This document shows positions 10,226 to 20,499 of a DNA stretch of 64,000 nt, one piece after another (the stretch's first letter is position 1; every line of letters starts with the position of its first letter). The notes below the pieces were generated by a model. The model was not told where the DNA came from and did no database searches. It was given only the letters and a program-made list of their open reading frames with translations. The stretch spans positions 1,216,001 to 1,280,000 of the forward strand of contig CBDESU010000001.1 of the NCBI GenBank assembly GCA_965242695.1, written 5' to 3'. Made by a program: the position numbers and the translations under genes. The DNA comes from Cenarchaeum sp. (GTDB lineage: Archaea > Thermoproteota > Nitrososphaeria > Nitrososphaerales > Nitrosopumilaceae).

Positions 10226-12163
10226 ATGGAAAGATCGGGTGTGGGAGGCGGCGCCCGGAACGGACGGGAGGATGGATCCGGCGCCGATGCGGGCGGCGCG
10301 GGAGTGGACAAGGATCCCGCAATCGTAAAGGCCTACATGGCCCGCGCCCTGGCAGAGCTGCACTGCGGGCTGATCGAGGACGCCCTCAAGTCGTACGCCA
10401 CGGCGTCGCGGCTGGGCGGCCCGGGCCACAAGGCCTACGCCCTGCACGGGACCCTCCTCATGGACCTCGGGCGGCACGCCGAGGCGGCGCGCGTGTTCGA
10501 GGACGCCGCCGCGGCCGACCCGGGCAGCGCCAACTGGCTCGTGATGCGTGCGAATGCATGCGCACGGCTCGGCCGCGCCGATGATGCGCTCGACTCGCTC
10601 CGCCGCGCTGCGCGCATCGAGCCGCGCCACACGGGTGCGCGCACGGGATACGCCACCGCGCTGAGGGAGGCGGGGCGCTACGACGAGGCCCTCGCCGAGT
10701 ACGTCGAGGCGGCGCGGATCGATGCAGCGGGCCCCGCTCCCCGCATCGGCATGGGCCGCATCCACCTCAAGGCCGGGCGGCACGCCGAGGCGATCGCCTC
10801 CTTTGACGAGGCAGTCCGGCTGGATCCCAAGCTGCCCGAGGCGCATGCATGGAAGGGCCAGGCGCTGGTTGCGGACGGGAGGAACGAGGATGCGATCGCC
10901 GCCCTTGACGAGGCCCTCCGGCTCGATCCCGGAATGGGGGCGGCCTACACGTGGAAGGGCCACGCGCTCCTCGCCGGCGGCAGGGCCGAAGAGGCCGCGG
11001 ATGTGTTCAGGAAGGCCATAGATATCAGCGAGGGCCGCGAGGCGGCGCCCGGCGGCGGAGGCGGCGAGGGAGTGGGAGGGGCGGGCGGCGGGCCAGAAGA
11101 GACCCCGCAGGCGGGCGGCATCGGCGTGGCCGCCGCAACCCGCGGAAGGCATGGGCGCGGCATCGGCGGGGCCATCGCGGCCGTGAAAAGGCTCGCAGGG
11201 CTCGAGCGCGGCGCGCAGGGGCGCCGCCCCGCCGGAGCGGATCCCGCGGCGGGTGCAGGGGGCCGGCGGGACGGGGGCAGGGTCGCGGACCTCGTCGATG
11301 CCGGCCACGGGATGATCCTTGCCAAAATGTACGCAGGGGCGTACGAGGCGTTCGACGAGGCGGCGCGGCTGGAGCCCGAGAACGGCGCAGCGCACACCGG
11401 AAAGGGCCTGGCGCAGCTCGCCGCGGGCAGGCGCAGGGAGTCGCTCGACGCGTTCGACGAGGCGGCGCGGCTGGAGCCCGGAAACGTCGCGGTGCATGTC
11501 GGAAGGACGTACGCGCTGCGGGCGCGCGGCAGGCACAGGGAGGCGCTGGCCGCGGCAAAGGCCGCGCTGCGGCTGGATCCCAAGAACATTGCGGCCCGGA
11601 TAGGAAAGGGCTACGCGCTGCTGGAAACGGGCGCGCCGGACAAGGCGCTTGCCGCGTTCGACAGGGCGGTCCGGCTCGACCCGGGCGAGGCCGCGGCCCA
11701 CGCCGGGAGGGGCGAGGCGCTGCGCGTACAGGGCGACCGCAAGGAGTCGCTTGCCGCGTATGCCGAGGCGGTGCGGCTCGCGCCGGGGGATGCGGCCTCG
11801 CACGTCGGGATGGGCAACTCGCTGCGCGAGGCGGGCAGGCACGACGAGGCGCTGGCCGCGCTAGACAGGGCCCTGTCCATCGAGCCTGGCAGCGCAAGCG
11901 CCCACATCGGGCGAGGCGACATCCTTTGGGAGACCAAGCTCAACTCCGAGGCGCTGGCCGAGTACGAAGAGGCGGCACGGCTCGACCCCGAATCAGCCCA
12001 CGCCCACAGCCGGCGCGGCTCCGCCCTTGCAGACATGGGCCGCACGTCCGAGGCGCTCGACGCGTACGAGGAGGCGGTGCGGCTGCATCCCGACGGCGAG
12101 GACGTCAGGACCCGCGACATGCTGCGGCGCACGGTCGGCAGGGCCGGCAGCGGGAGCGCCTAG
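10226..12163 (+). CDS. tetratricopeptide repeat protein, two TPR blocks joined by a Gly/Ala-rich linker
   Basis: TPR consensus on both sides of an ~80-aa low-complexity linker. Confidence 0.92.
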   Translation: MERSGVGGGARNGREDGSGADAGGAGVDKDPAIVKAYMARALAELHCGLIEDALKSYATASRLGGPGHKAYALHGTLLMDLGRHAEAARVFEDAAAADPGSANWLVMRANACARLGRADDALDSLRRAARIEPRHTGARTGYATALREAGRYDEALAEYVEAARIDAAGPAPRIGMGRIHLKAGRHAEAIASFDEAVRLDPKLPEAHAWKGQALVADGRNEDAIAALDEALRLDPGMGAAYTWKGHALLAGGRAEEAADVFRKAIDISEGREAAPGGGGGEGVGGAGGGPEETPQAGGIGVAAATRGRHGRGIGGAIAAVKRLAGLERGAQGRRPAGADPAAGAGGRRDGGRVADLVDAGHGMILAKMYAGAYEAFDEAARLEPENGAAHTGKGLAQLAAGRRRESLDAFDEAARLEPGNVAVHVGRTYALRARGRHREALAAAKAALRLDPKNIAARIGKGYALLETGAPDKALAAFDRAVRLDPGEAAAHAGRGEALRVQGDRKESLAAYAEAVRLAPGDAASHVGMGNSLREAGRHDEALAALDRALSIEPGSASAHIGRGDILWETKLNSEALAEYEEAARLDPESAHAHSRRGSALADMGRTSEALDAYEEAVRLHPDGEDVRTRDMLRRTVGRAGSGSA

Positions 12164-12449
12164 CGGATGCGGGCCGGCCGGCGCGGCGGCGGCTGAGGGC
12201 GCGCGGGGGGAGGGGCCGCATTGCGGCGGCATCCGCACACACGGCGCCCCCGTGGCTCTCAGATCCCCCCCCCCATTCCGATCGCCGACACTCCACGGAG
12301 GCTCTCGCCACCTCCGCGATCCGCCGCGGCCCCGGGCCCTCGGCAGCCCGCCCCGTCAAGCCCGGCGGCCGGCCCGCGCGGTAGATTCCCGACGGCGAGG
12401 GATCTAGTGCGGCAAAAGGCACAAATAGCCTGGCCGCGGCGGCTGCACG

Positions 12450-13850
12450 TTGGCGCAAGAGGTCGAGCAGGAGCGCAGGCAGGCGGCGCCGGACGGCGGG
12501 AGTTCGGCGGCCCTGCACGGGCAGGAGCAGGATATCGAGGATGCGACCTGGCACATCGATCCAGACCTGGTCGACGCCTACGTGTCGGCCCCGCTCGTGG
12601 AGACCGTCCACAGCATACTGGCCTGGCACGACCCAAGGTACGACACAAGGGTCATATCCGTGGGGATCAGGCACGGCGGGTACCGGAGGGCCCTTGAGAA
12701 TCTGCTAAAGGAGCCTCCCCCGCGCCACCCGATGGGGGCACGCGTTATCGACTACCGCGCGCGCATGCTCGAGCGCCTCGGCAGGTACGAGCAGGCCGAG
12801 GCGCTGTACCGCGACGTGGCAGAGGAGATACCCCGGAGTCCGGAGGCTCGCCTCGACATGGCAAGGGTGCTAGAGCACCTCGGCCGCCCCGACGAGTCCG
12901 CCAAGGAGCTCGCCTGCGCAGGCAGTGTCGATCCCGACTACCGCAGGGCGTTCGAGATGGGCATGCATCCGGATCCGCGCCAGCTGGATCCCGCCGCCGT
13001 CCCGCTCCGCCTGATCGTTCCAATGTCGGTGATCTCGGCGGCCGGGATTGTGCGCTCGAGGGCAGAGCTTTCCGCAGCATCGCTGCTCGTGCAGGCCGAG
13101 TGCGGGCTGGACCTGTACCCCCCGGCAGGATCGCGGCTGCCCGGCTGCGCCGGGCTCGGCGCCGACATGGAGAGGTTTTACCACCTTGTAGTGGAGGATG
13201 TTATGCCGCACTGCGGGGGCGACGAGCGGCCGTACTACTACGATCTCACGGATGCGGGAATCGACATGATCGGGAGGCTCGGCGAGCGGCTGGACGGGGC
13301 GGGAGGCCCGGCCGTTGCCCGAATCGCCGAGTCGGCGCGCCGAGTGGCCGGCATCGGCGCGCATGCCGTGCTGGAGGAGGCCTGCGGCCTGGCGGCCCGG
13401 CCCGCGGACGGCGGCGGCCGCGCAGAGGCGCTGGAGGGGCTGCGAGGGACGGCCGGGCGCATAAGGCGCGAGGTCGGCAACGGCATTGCGTTTGGCGACG
13501 CTCATGCCGGCACGCTGGAAACGAGTGCAGAGTACATACCCGGCATGCTCTCGCAGGCGGGCGGCCTGCCCGACGGGCAGTGGGCAGTAGCATACGCCCT
13601 GGGCGCCGACATACTCGGCCTGTGCGCGCGCATCGCGTTCGACCAGAGGCCGCACCCCAGGACCGCCGCGCTGGGGCCTCCGTACCCCGACATCCAGGAC
13701 CTGCACGCGCTGTTCGCCGGGTACTGCGGGGAAAGGGGCGTGGCCGAGCCCAGGGCGGAGCGGCCGAAGATCATGAAGATTGCGCCCGAAGAGACCGAGG
13801 AGATTGCCCGGGCCATGCGCAAGGTGATATCCGAATCATGTAAATCCTAG
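12450..13850 (+). CDS. TPR + winged-helix (YwgA/SocA-like) protein, putative antitoxin, copy 1
   Basis: TTG start ~29 nt after ACAAATA; two TPR-like units; segment GIVRSRAEL..LLVQAE..YYYDLTDAG resembles a YwgA-type wHTH; overlaps the PIN gene start. Confidence 0.75.
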   Translation: MAQEVEQERRQAAPDGGSSAALHGQEQDIEDATWHIDPDLVDAYVSAPLVETVHSILAWHDPRYDTRVISVGIRHGGYRRALENLLKEPPPRHPMGARVIDYRARMLERLGRYEQAEALYRDVAEEIPRSPEARLDMARVLEHLGRPDESAKELACAGSVDPDYRRAFEMGMHPDPRQLDPAAVPLRLIVPMSVISAAGIVRSRAELSAASLLVQAECGLDLYPPAGSRLPGCAGLGADMERFYHLVVEDVMPHCGGDERPYYYDLTDAGIDMIGRLGERLDGAGGPAVARIAESARRVAGIGAHAVLEEACGLAARPADGGGRAEALEGLRGTAGRIRREVGNGIAFGDAHAGTLETSAEYIPGMLSQAGGLPDGQWAVAYALGADILGLCARIAFDQRPHPRTAALGPPYPDIQDLHALFAGYCGERGVAEPRAERPKIMKIAPEETEEIARAMRKVISESCKS

Positions 13851-14449
13851 CAGACACGAACGCATGGTACGCAGGCCTCATGTGCTTTTCGTCGGACAGG
13901 GAGGACGGGCGGCCTGTCCTGGTGCGGCGCCGCAACGGGGACGCGGTCGCCGCCGAGATCGAGGCCGCGATCGCGTCTGGGAATCTCGCAATTTCCGATA
14001 CGGTCGCCAAAGAGGGGATCGACGGCATGGAAAAAGCATTCAGATCAGCAGCCAGGTCGGCCAACGCCAAGCCCGAAGCGGGTGCGGAAGCCGCGCGGGT
14101 TGCGCTGGCAAGGTTCAAGCGCCTGCGCGGCACCTGTGGCATTCCCGACGACCCCGGACGCATGGGGGATGTCGCCCGCATGTACGCCGACATATTGCGC
14201 GACCCGCGCAGGGCCGCCGCGGTGGCCGTGTGGCGCAGCGTCAAGGAAAGGCACGGGAGGGGGGCAGAGTTCCCCTCGCCAGGGACGCATGGGAACGACT
14301 TTATGATACTCTCTACTGCGGCAGACACGGCCGCCCGCGGGATCGCGACAAGGCTGCTCACGTACGACCACGACATTCTGGCGTTCGCAGATATAATCCG
14401 CGACAGGTTCGGCGTCGTCGCGGTCGACTGCGCATCCCTGCGCCGGTGA
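13838..14449 (+). pseudogene. PIN-domain nuclease copy 1, nonsense at codon 2
   Basis: ATG TAA ATC CTA GCA GAC ACG AAC versus ATG GAA ATC... in copy 2; a restart at Met 13880 would lack the DTN motif. Confidence 0.75.
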
Positions 14450-14710
14450 TCCCGGCGCGCGGGCGCAATCGGGCCGCCCGGGGGCGGGGCGAGTGCGCGG
14501 CGCGGGGAGGATGCGGCGCGGGGAGAGAGAGACTAGGCCGCAGGAGGCTGGAAGATGCAATCGTGGCCCTCGGCAAGGACATCGGCATGCTTACGGCGGT
14601 TGAGCGACCCGCGCATGATGGACTGTGCGCCGCTTGTGTCTGGCAGGGTCGAGGTCGCCGAACGTTCAGATGGCAAAAAATACAAATAGGCGGACCCCGG
14701 CCGCGCTGCG

Positions 14711-16111
14711 TTGGCGCAAGAGGTCGAGCAGGAGCGCAGGCAGGCGGCGCCGGACGGCGGGGGCGTAGCGGCCCTGCACGGGCAGGAGCAGGATATCGAG
14801 GATGCGACCTGGTACATCGATCCCGACCTAGTCGACGCCTACGTGTCGGCCCCGCTCGTGAAGACCGTCCACAGCATACTAGCCTGGCACGACCCAAGGT
14901 ACGACACAAGGGTCATATCCGTGGGGATCAGGCACGGCGGGTACCGGAGGGCCCTTGAGAAGCTGCTGAAGGAGCCGCCCCCGCGCCACCCGACGGGAAC
15001 ACGCGTTATCGACTACCGCGCGCGCATGCTCGAGCGCCTCGGCAGGTACGAGCAGGCCGAGGCGCTGTACCGCGACGTGGCAGAGGAGATACCCTGGAGT
15101 CCGGAGGCCCGCCTCGACATGGCAAGGGTGCTAGAGCACCTCGGCCGCCCCGACGAGTCCGCCAAGGAGCTCGCCTGCGTAGGCAGCGTCGCTCCCGACT
15201 ACCGCAGGGCGTTCGAGATGGGCATGCATCCGGATCCGCGCCAGCTGGATCCCGCCGCCGTCCCGCTCCGCCTGATCGTTCCAATGTCGGTGATCTCGGC
15301 GGCCGGGATTGTGCGCTCGAGGGCAGAGCTTTCCGCCGCATCGCTGCTCGTGCAGGCCGAGTGCGGGCTGGACCTGTACCCCCCGGCAGGATCGCGGCTG
15401 CCCGGCTGCGCAGGGCTCGGCGCCGACATGGAGAGGTTTTACCACCTTGTAGTGGAGGATGTTGTGCCGCACTGCGGGGGCGACGAGCGGCCGTACTACT
15501 ACGATCTCACGGATGCGGGAATCGACATGATCGGGAGGCTCGGCGAGCGGCTAGACGGGGCGGGAGGCCCGGCCGCCTCGCGAATCGCCGAGTCGGCGCG
15601 CCGAGTGGCCGGCATCGGCGCGCATGCCGTGCTGGAGGAGGCCTGCGGCCTGGCGGCCCGGCCCGCGGACGGCGGCGGCCGCGCAGAGGCGCTGGAGGGG
15701 CTGCGAGGGACGGCCGGGCGCATAAGGCGCGAGGTCGGCAACGGCATTGCGTTTGGTGGCAACCATGCCGGCACGCTGCTGACCAGCGCCGAGTACATAC
15801 CCGGCATGCTCTCGCAGGCGGGCGGCCTGCCCGACGGGCAGTGGGCAGTAGCATACGCCCTGGGCGCCGACATGCTCGGCCTGTGCGCGCGCATCGCGTT
15901 CGACCAGAGGCCGCACCCCAGGACCGCCGCGCTGGGGCCTCCGTACCCCGACATCCAGGACCTGCACGCGCTGTTCGCCGGGTACTGCGGGGAAAGGGGC
16001 GTGGCCGAGCCCAGGGCGGAGCGGCCGAAGATCATGAAGATTGCGCCCGAGGAGGATGAGGAGATTGCCCGGGCCATGCGCAAGGTGATATCCGAATCAT
16101 GGAAATCCTAG
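14711..16111 (+). CDS. TPR + winged-helix protein, putative antitoxin, copy 2
   Basis: Near-identical to 12450-13850; AAAAAATACAAATA upstream. Confidence 0.75.
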   Translation: MAQEVEQERRQAAPDGGGVAALHGQEQDIEDATWYIDPDLVDAYVSAPLVKTVHSILAWHDPRYDTRVISVGIRHGGYRRALEKLLKEPPPRHPTGTRVIDYRARMLERLGRYEQAEALYRDVAEEIPWSPEARLDMARVLEHLGRPDESAKELACVGSVAPDYRRAFEMGMHPDPRQLDPAAVPLRLIVPMSVISAAGIVRSRAELSAASLLVQAECGLDLYPPAGSRLPGCAGLGADMERFYHLVVEDVVPHCGGDERPYYYDLTDAGIDMIGRLGERLDGAGGPAASRIAESARRVAGIGAHAVLEEACGLAARPADGGGRAEALEGLRGTAGRIRREVGNGIAFGGNHAGTLLTSAEYIPGMLSQAGGLPDGQWAVAYALGADMLGLCARIAFDQRPHPRTAALGPPYPDIQDLHALFAGYCGERGVAEPRAERPKIMKIAPEEDEEIARAMRKVISESWKS

Positions 16112-16710
16112 CAGACACGAACGCATGGTACGCAGGCCTCATGTGCTTTTCGTCGGACAGGGAGGACGGGCGGCCTGTCCTGGTGCGGCGCCGCAACGGG
16201 GACGCGGTCGCCGCCGAGATCGAGGCCGCGATCGCGTCTGGGAATCTCGCAATTTCCGATACGGTCGCCAACGAGGTGATCGACGGCATTGAAAATGCGT
16301 TTATGTATGCCGCCCAGTCGGCCAACGCCAAGCCCGAAGCTGGCGTGGAAGCCGCGCGGGTTGCGCTGGCAAGGTTCGAACGCCTGCGCGGCACCTGTGG
16401 CATTCCCGACGACCCCAGATACGTGGAGGATATCGCCCGCATGTACGCCGACATATTGCGCGGCCCGCGCATGGCCGCCGCGGTGGCCCTGTGGCGCGGC
16501 GTCAAGGAAAGGCGTGGGAGGGTGGCAGAGTTCCCCGCGGTCGGGACGCATTTGAACGACTTTATGATAATCTCGACGGCGGCAGGCAGGACTGCACGCG
16601 GAATCGCGACAAGGCTGCTCACGTACGACCACGACATTCTGGCGTTCGCCGATATGATCCGCGACCGGTTCGGCGTCGTCGCGGTCGACTGCGCATCCCT
16701 GCGCCGGTGA
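16099..16710 (+). CDS. PIN-domain (VapC-like) nuclease, copy 2
   Basis: ILADTNAW, ISDTVANE, NDFMII and LLTYDHD supply the four acidic PIN positions. Confidence 0.8.
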   Translation: MEILADTNAWYAGLMCFSSDREDGRPVLVRRRNGDAVAAEIEAAIASGNLAISDTVANEVIDGIENAFMYAAQSANAKPEAGVEAARVALARFERLRGTCGIPDDPRYVEDIARMYADILRGPRMAAAVALWRGVKERRGRVAEFPAVGTHLNDFMIISTAAGRTARGIATRLLTYDHDILAFADMIRDRFGVVAVDCASLRR

Positions 16711-16757
16711 CTCCGGCGGCGGCCGGCTCGCATGCGGCAAAGGCGGCATCCGCAGGC

Positions 16758-16897
16758 GGCGGCGCGCCCGGCTCGGCCCTGTCCCATGCCCGCGCCTGCG
16801 GCCCTTTTCGTTCCGGATGCAGGGCGGCGCGCCCGGCTCGGCCCTGTCCCATGCCCGCGCCTGCGGCCCTTTTCGTTCCGGATGCAGGGCGGCGCGC
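16758..16897. repeat. 65-bp tandem repeat x2.1
   Basis: Unit ggcggcgcgcccggctcggccctgtcccatg...ttccggatgcag at 16758 and 16823. Confidence 0.9.
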
Positions 16898-17006
16898 AGC
16901 CCTCCCCCTCCCCGCATCCTTGCGCGCGCATCGGAGCGCCCGTAGCGCGGGTGCAGGGCTGGGGCCCCGCCTGGATGCGCAATCCGCGGCGGCGGCCTGC
17001 GTGCGA

Positions 17007-17015
17007 CATAAATTC
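17007..17015 (+). promoter_or_regulatory. TATA-like box CATAAATTC
   Basis: Same motif; here the first in-frame ATG is 89 nt downstream (17096). Confidence 0.6.
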
Positions 17016-17095
17016 CGGCCGGCCGGCCGGCCGCGCGGCGGCCCGGCGGGACGTGCAGGCGGGGCCCCGCAGCGGATTCGGCCGGAGGCAGAGGG

Positions 17096-18670
17096 ATGAA
17101 AGCGGCAGGGAAAAGGGAAGCGCAGGGGGCCGGGGACGCGGCATCCCTTGCCGCGTGCGACGAGGCCGTGCGGCGGGATCCAGGCGACGCCGGCGGCCAC
17201 AGGGGGCGCGCCGCGGCCCTGCTCAGACTGGGCCGCAGGGAAGAGGCACTGGCGGCGCTAGACGAGGCCGTGCGGCTCGACGGCACGGACACCGAGACCC
17301 TCACCGTGCGAGGCAACGTCCTGACGAGCCTTTCTCTGCCGGGAAGGGCGGTGCGCGACTTTAGGGCCGTAGTCAGGGCCGAGCCAGGCAACGCCGCGGC
17401 CCATACGCTCCTCGGTTCGGCGTACGCGCTGGCAGGGCGCCATCAAAGGGCGCTCGCGTCGCTCGATAGGGCCGTGCGGCTCGATCCAGGCGATCCGACT
17501 GCGCGCCTGGCGCGCGCCCAGGCCCTGCTCGAGGTCGGGCGCGACCGCAAGGCCCTTGCCGACTGCGACAAGGCCGTGCGAATTGACGGAACCGTTGCGA
17601 GGGCCCATGCGGGGAGGGGGCTTGCGCTGATCGCGCTGGGCAGGCACGAAGAGGCGCTGGCCGCATGCGGCGAGGCCCTGCGGCTCGAGCCCGGCATGGC
17701 AAAGGCGCACGCTGGAAGCGGCATGGCGCTGATCGCGCTGGGCAGGAACAAGAGGGCGCTGGCCGCGCTGGACGAGGCGGTCCGGCTCGAGCCCGGCATG
17801 GCCGCCGCCCACGCCTGGAGGGGCAGGGCGCTGATCGCGCTGGGCAGGAACAAGAGGGCGCTGGCCGCGCTGGACGAGGCGGTCCGGCTCGAGCCCGGGT
17901 CGATCGACGCGCGCCTGGAAATGGGCAGGGCGCTGATCGCGCTGGGCAGGAACAAGAGGGCGCTGGCCGCATACGGCAGGGCCGCTCGGACGGATCCGGA
18001 AGAGTCGAGGGCCCACGCCGGCAGGGGCACCGCGCTGATCGCGCTGGGCAGGCACGAAGAGGCGCTGGCCGCATGCGACGAGGCCGCGCGGATCGATCCC
18101 GGGTCGATCGATGCGCCCATAGGAAGGGGCAGGGCGCTGATCGCGCTGGGCAGGCACAAAGAGGCGCTCGCTGCGCTCGACAGGGCCGAATCCCTGAACC
18201 CCGACATTGCGCTGGTCCACAAAGAGCGCAGCGTGGCGCTGCGCTGGCTCGGCCGCCCCGAGGAGGCGCTCGCTGCGCTCGACAGGGCCGAATCCCTGTG
18301 CCATGACGAATGGGACGTCCACTTGGCGCGCGGCGAGGCGCTCCAGGACATGGGACGGCACGGCGAGGCCGTCGCCGCATGCGACAAGGCCGTCCGGCTC
18401 AGGCCCGGAGAGGCGAGGGCCCACTGCGTGCGAGGCGTGCCCCTCAGCTGCCTCGGGAGGTTCGGTGAGGCGCTCGCTGCGTGCGAAGAGGCTGCGGGGA
18501 TAAGCCCCGAGTCGGGCCACATTGTATGCGGGCGCGCCACGGCCCTTGCAGGGCTTGGCCGCATGAAGGAGGCGCTCGCTGCGTGCGAAGAGGCCGTCCG
18601 GCTCGAGCCGGACGACAGGTACGTCGCAAAGATCCGCGCGCAGGTGCGGCGCCTGGCCGCCGCATCGTAG
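17096..18670 (+). CDS. tetratricopeptide repeat protein (paralog of 4821-6488)
   Basis: ~14-15 TPRs; identical DNA blocks with 102-bp period at 17726, 17828 and 17930. Confidence 0.93.
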   Translation: MKAAGKREAQGAGDAASLAACDEAVRRDPGDAGGHRGRAAALLRLGRREEALAALDEAVRLDGTDTETLTVRGNVLTSLSLPGRAVRDFRAVVRAEPGNAAAHTLLGSAYALAGRHQRALASLDRAVRLDPGDPTARLARAQALLEVGRDRKALADCDKAVRIDGTVARAHAGRGLALIALGRHEEALAACGEALRLEPGMAKAHAGSGMALIALGRNKRALAALDEAVRLEPGMAAAHAWRGRALIALGRNKRALAALDEAVRLEPGSIDARLEMGRALIALGRNKRALAAYGRAARTDPEESRAHAGRGTALIALGRHEEALAACDEAARIDPGSIDAPIGRGRALIALGRHKEALAALDRAESLNPDIALVHKERSVALRWLGRPEEALAALDRAESLCHDEWDVHLARGEALQDMGRHGEAVAACDKAVRLRPGEARAHCVRGVPLSCLGRFGEALAACEEAAGISPESGHIVCGRATALAGLGRMKEALAACEEAVRLEPDDRYVAKIRAQVRRLAAAS

Positions 18671-18965
18671 ACCGTGGGGCGGAACGGAAGGGCTGGTGAG
18701 CCCGGCGGCGGGCAGCGGCCGTCCGCTGGCGCCCATGGGGGGAACGCCCGGCGGCGGTCGTCCGCGCCCGGCCGCTCCTGCCCCTGCCGGGCCGCCCGGG
18801 CCCCGTCAGGCATGGCCGCCGCGTCGTCCATCAAGGGATGGCTGGTCTTATTCCGGGCTTATTGTCTTGAATTTTTTGGTGGGTTTGCTCTGGCGCCGGT
18901 GGCCGCCCCTGCCCCTGCCGGGCCGTCCGGGCCGGCCGCTGTCCGGCATGGCCGCCGGTACGGGC

Positions 18966-19002
18966 CGCGGGCTTGAATTTTTTGGCATGTTTGTGCCTGC
19001 GG
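18966..19002 (+). repeat. 37-bp direct repeat, left copy (T-tract, possible terminator)
   Basis: cgcgggcttgaattttttggcatgtttgtgcctgcgg; 35/37 identical to 20201-20237. Confidence 0.85.
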
Positions 19003-19117
19003 CTGCCTGCCTATCGAGGGCGCACCCGTTTGCCTGCGCGGGCCGCTCGACGTCCGGCCCGCTCACACGCCCGGCGTCTGGATCCATGTTTGGGTTATAT
19101 ACGGGTGGCTGGCGTCT

Positions 19118-20152
19118 TTGTTGGCGGATCCTTGGGCAGGTATCGCGATCATCGTTGGGGGTGTTGTGCTTGTCATGGTCGGGTTTGCGTTCTTTGCGAG
19201 GTCTAGTTTGGGGGCTTGGATGCTCGGGATGGCGTTTATGATCATGGGTGCCGTGGTTTCGGCTGCCGGGGCCGTGGTGCTTGCGCTTGGGCGGCGTCGC
19301 TTACCGGGCGCTCTTGTGGGCGCTCCTGTGGGCGCGCCCGCCCTGCCACGTGGTGACGATCGCGGCATCCGGCCCGGTGTTTGGATCGGTATTGTGCAGG
19401 TTGTCGTGGGTGTTGCGATTATGCCACTCTGGTCGTCGTCGACGACTTTCGCTCTGGGTTTGAGTCTTTTTGGTCTGTTCCCATCGGGGGCTATGTTCAT
19501 TGTGTTATTGCGTGCCAAGGGCAGTCGCCTGTCGGCTTTGCGCTATAGGCTGGTCGTGGCGATCGTGGCGTTGGTGTTTGTGCTCGTGGCGCCATTGTTG
19601 CCGTACGCACCGTCAGGGCCCGATCGGGCTGACATGGTGTCGGTGGTGAGTGATGAGTATTCACTGTTGATGTCAGCTGCGGCTGAACGCGGTCGGAGTG
19701 GGCCCGATGCGGAGGCGGTGGCTTCAATGATTGTCGGGGATGCGCGGGTTGAATGTGACATTGTGAAGGAAGAGTATGCAGAGGTGAAAACGAGGGTGGA
19801 TGATGCGATAATGGGAGTCGCATCGGGGGGATCCTACGGAGGAGAGTGGGATGCGGGCGTGACTTTGCTCTACAGTGATGAGTGTCTTGTTGCTTATGTG
19901 AATAAGGATGCTCCGGGTGATCGTAATGTGCCATATCGTATGAATGATATGGTCCGCGCTGGTCTCATGATGTATGGTGCGTTTCCGCTTGATTGTGAGA
20001 TACTTCGGTATGCGCACGGTGATGCTGGCATGACGGTTGATATGGGCAGGCTTGGATTTCCACCGCCGGATTTTATGTCGGATTTGGACGTGGCTCGTGA
20101 TAAAGCGGTATGGAGTTTTTACAAGTCCATGAAGGCCTCTGGCGATTGCTAG
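19118..20152 (+). CDS. multi-pass membrane protein with soluble C-terminal domain, atypical composition
   Basis: About five hydrophobic segments in the N-terminal half; G/T-rich, lower-GC codons; TTATATA at ~19095. Confidence 0.8.
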   Translation: MLADPWAGIAIIVGGVVLVMVGFAFFARSSLGAWMLGMAFMIMGAVVSAAGAVVLALGRRRLPGALVGAPVGAPALPRGDDRGIRPGVWIGIVQVVVGVAIMPLWSSSTTFALGLSLFGLFPSGAMFIVLLRAKGSRLSALRYRLVVAIVALVFVLVAPLLPYAPSGPDRADMVSVVSDEYSLLMSAAAERGRSGPDAEAVASMIVGDARVECDIVKEEYAEVKTRVDDAIMGVASGGSYGGEWDAGVTLLYSDECLVAYVNKDAPGDRNVPYRMNDMVRAGLMMYGAFPLDCEILRYAHGDAGMTVDMGRLGFPPPDFMSDLDVARDKAVWSFYKSMKASGDC

Positions 20153-20200
20153 TGGTGGGTGGCATCTGGACGGCTGTCGTTCGGGTGCCCCGCCGGACGG

Positions 20201-20237
20201 CGCGGGCTTGAGTTTTTTGGCATGTTTGCGCCTGCGG
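20201..20237 (+). repeat. 37-bp direct repeat, right copy
   Basis: cgcgggcttgagttttttggcatgtttgcgcctgcgg. Confidence 0.85.
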
Positions 20238-20499
20238 ACGGTAGCCTCAATGCCACCATGCCAAACGGTCGTCCATGTCCGGCTCATTCGCAGATGACGT
20301 CCGGTCGGATGACGGCCGCCGGCCTGCCGGGCCGTTGGGGCCGGCCGTTCGGCATGGCGTTCGGGCCGGCCGTCCGCGCGTAATACAGTGTATTATCCGA
20401 GGGCCTATCTAGATGGGCGGGCAGCCCGCGGCCGCCGGCTTGCTTGGCTTAAATTTTTGGCGTGTTTCGCGCAGTGTTGAGCGGCGGCAACGGCGGCGT

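Larger units (their letters stand above)
12448..16710. repeat. tandem duplication of a ~2.0-kb two-gene unit (12448-14449 and 14709-16710, offset 2261)
   Basis: Near-identical 466-aa ORFs and homologous PIN ORFs. Confidence 0.95.

Noticed and set aside
12448-16710. Diversity-generating retroelement template/variable pair
   Set aside because: Differences involve all bases and include synonymous changes rather than being adenine-specific; no reverse transcriptase seen
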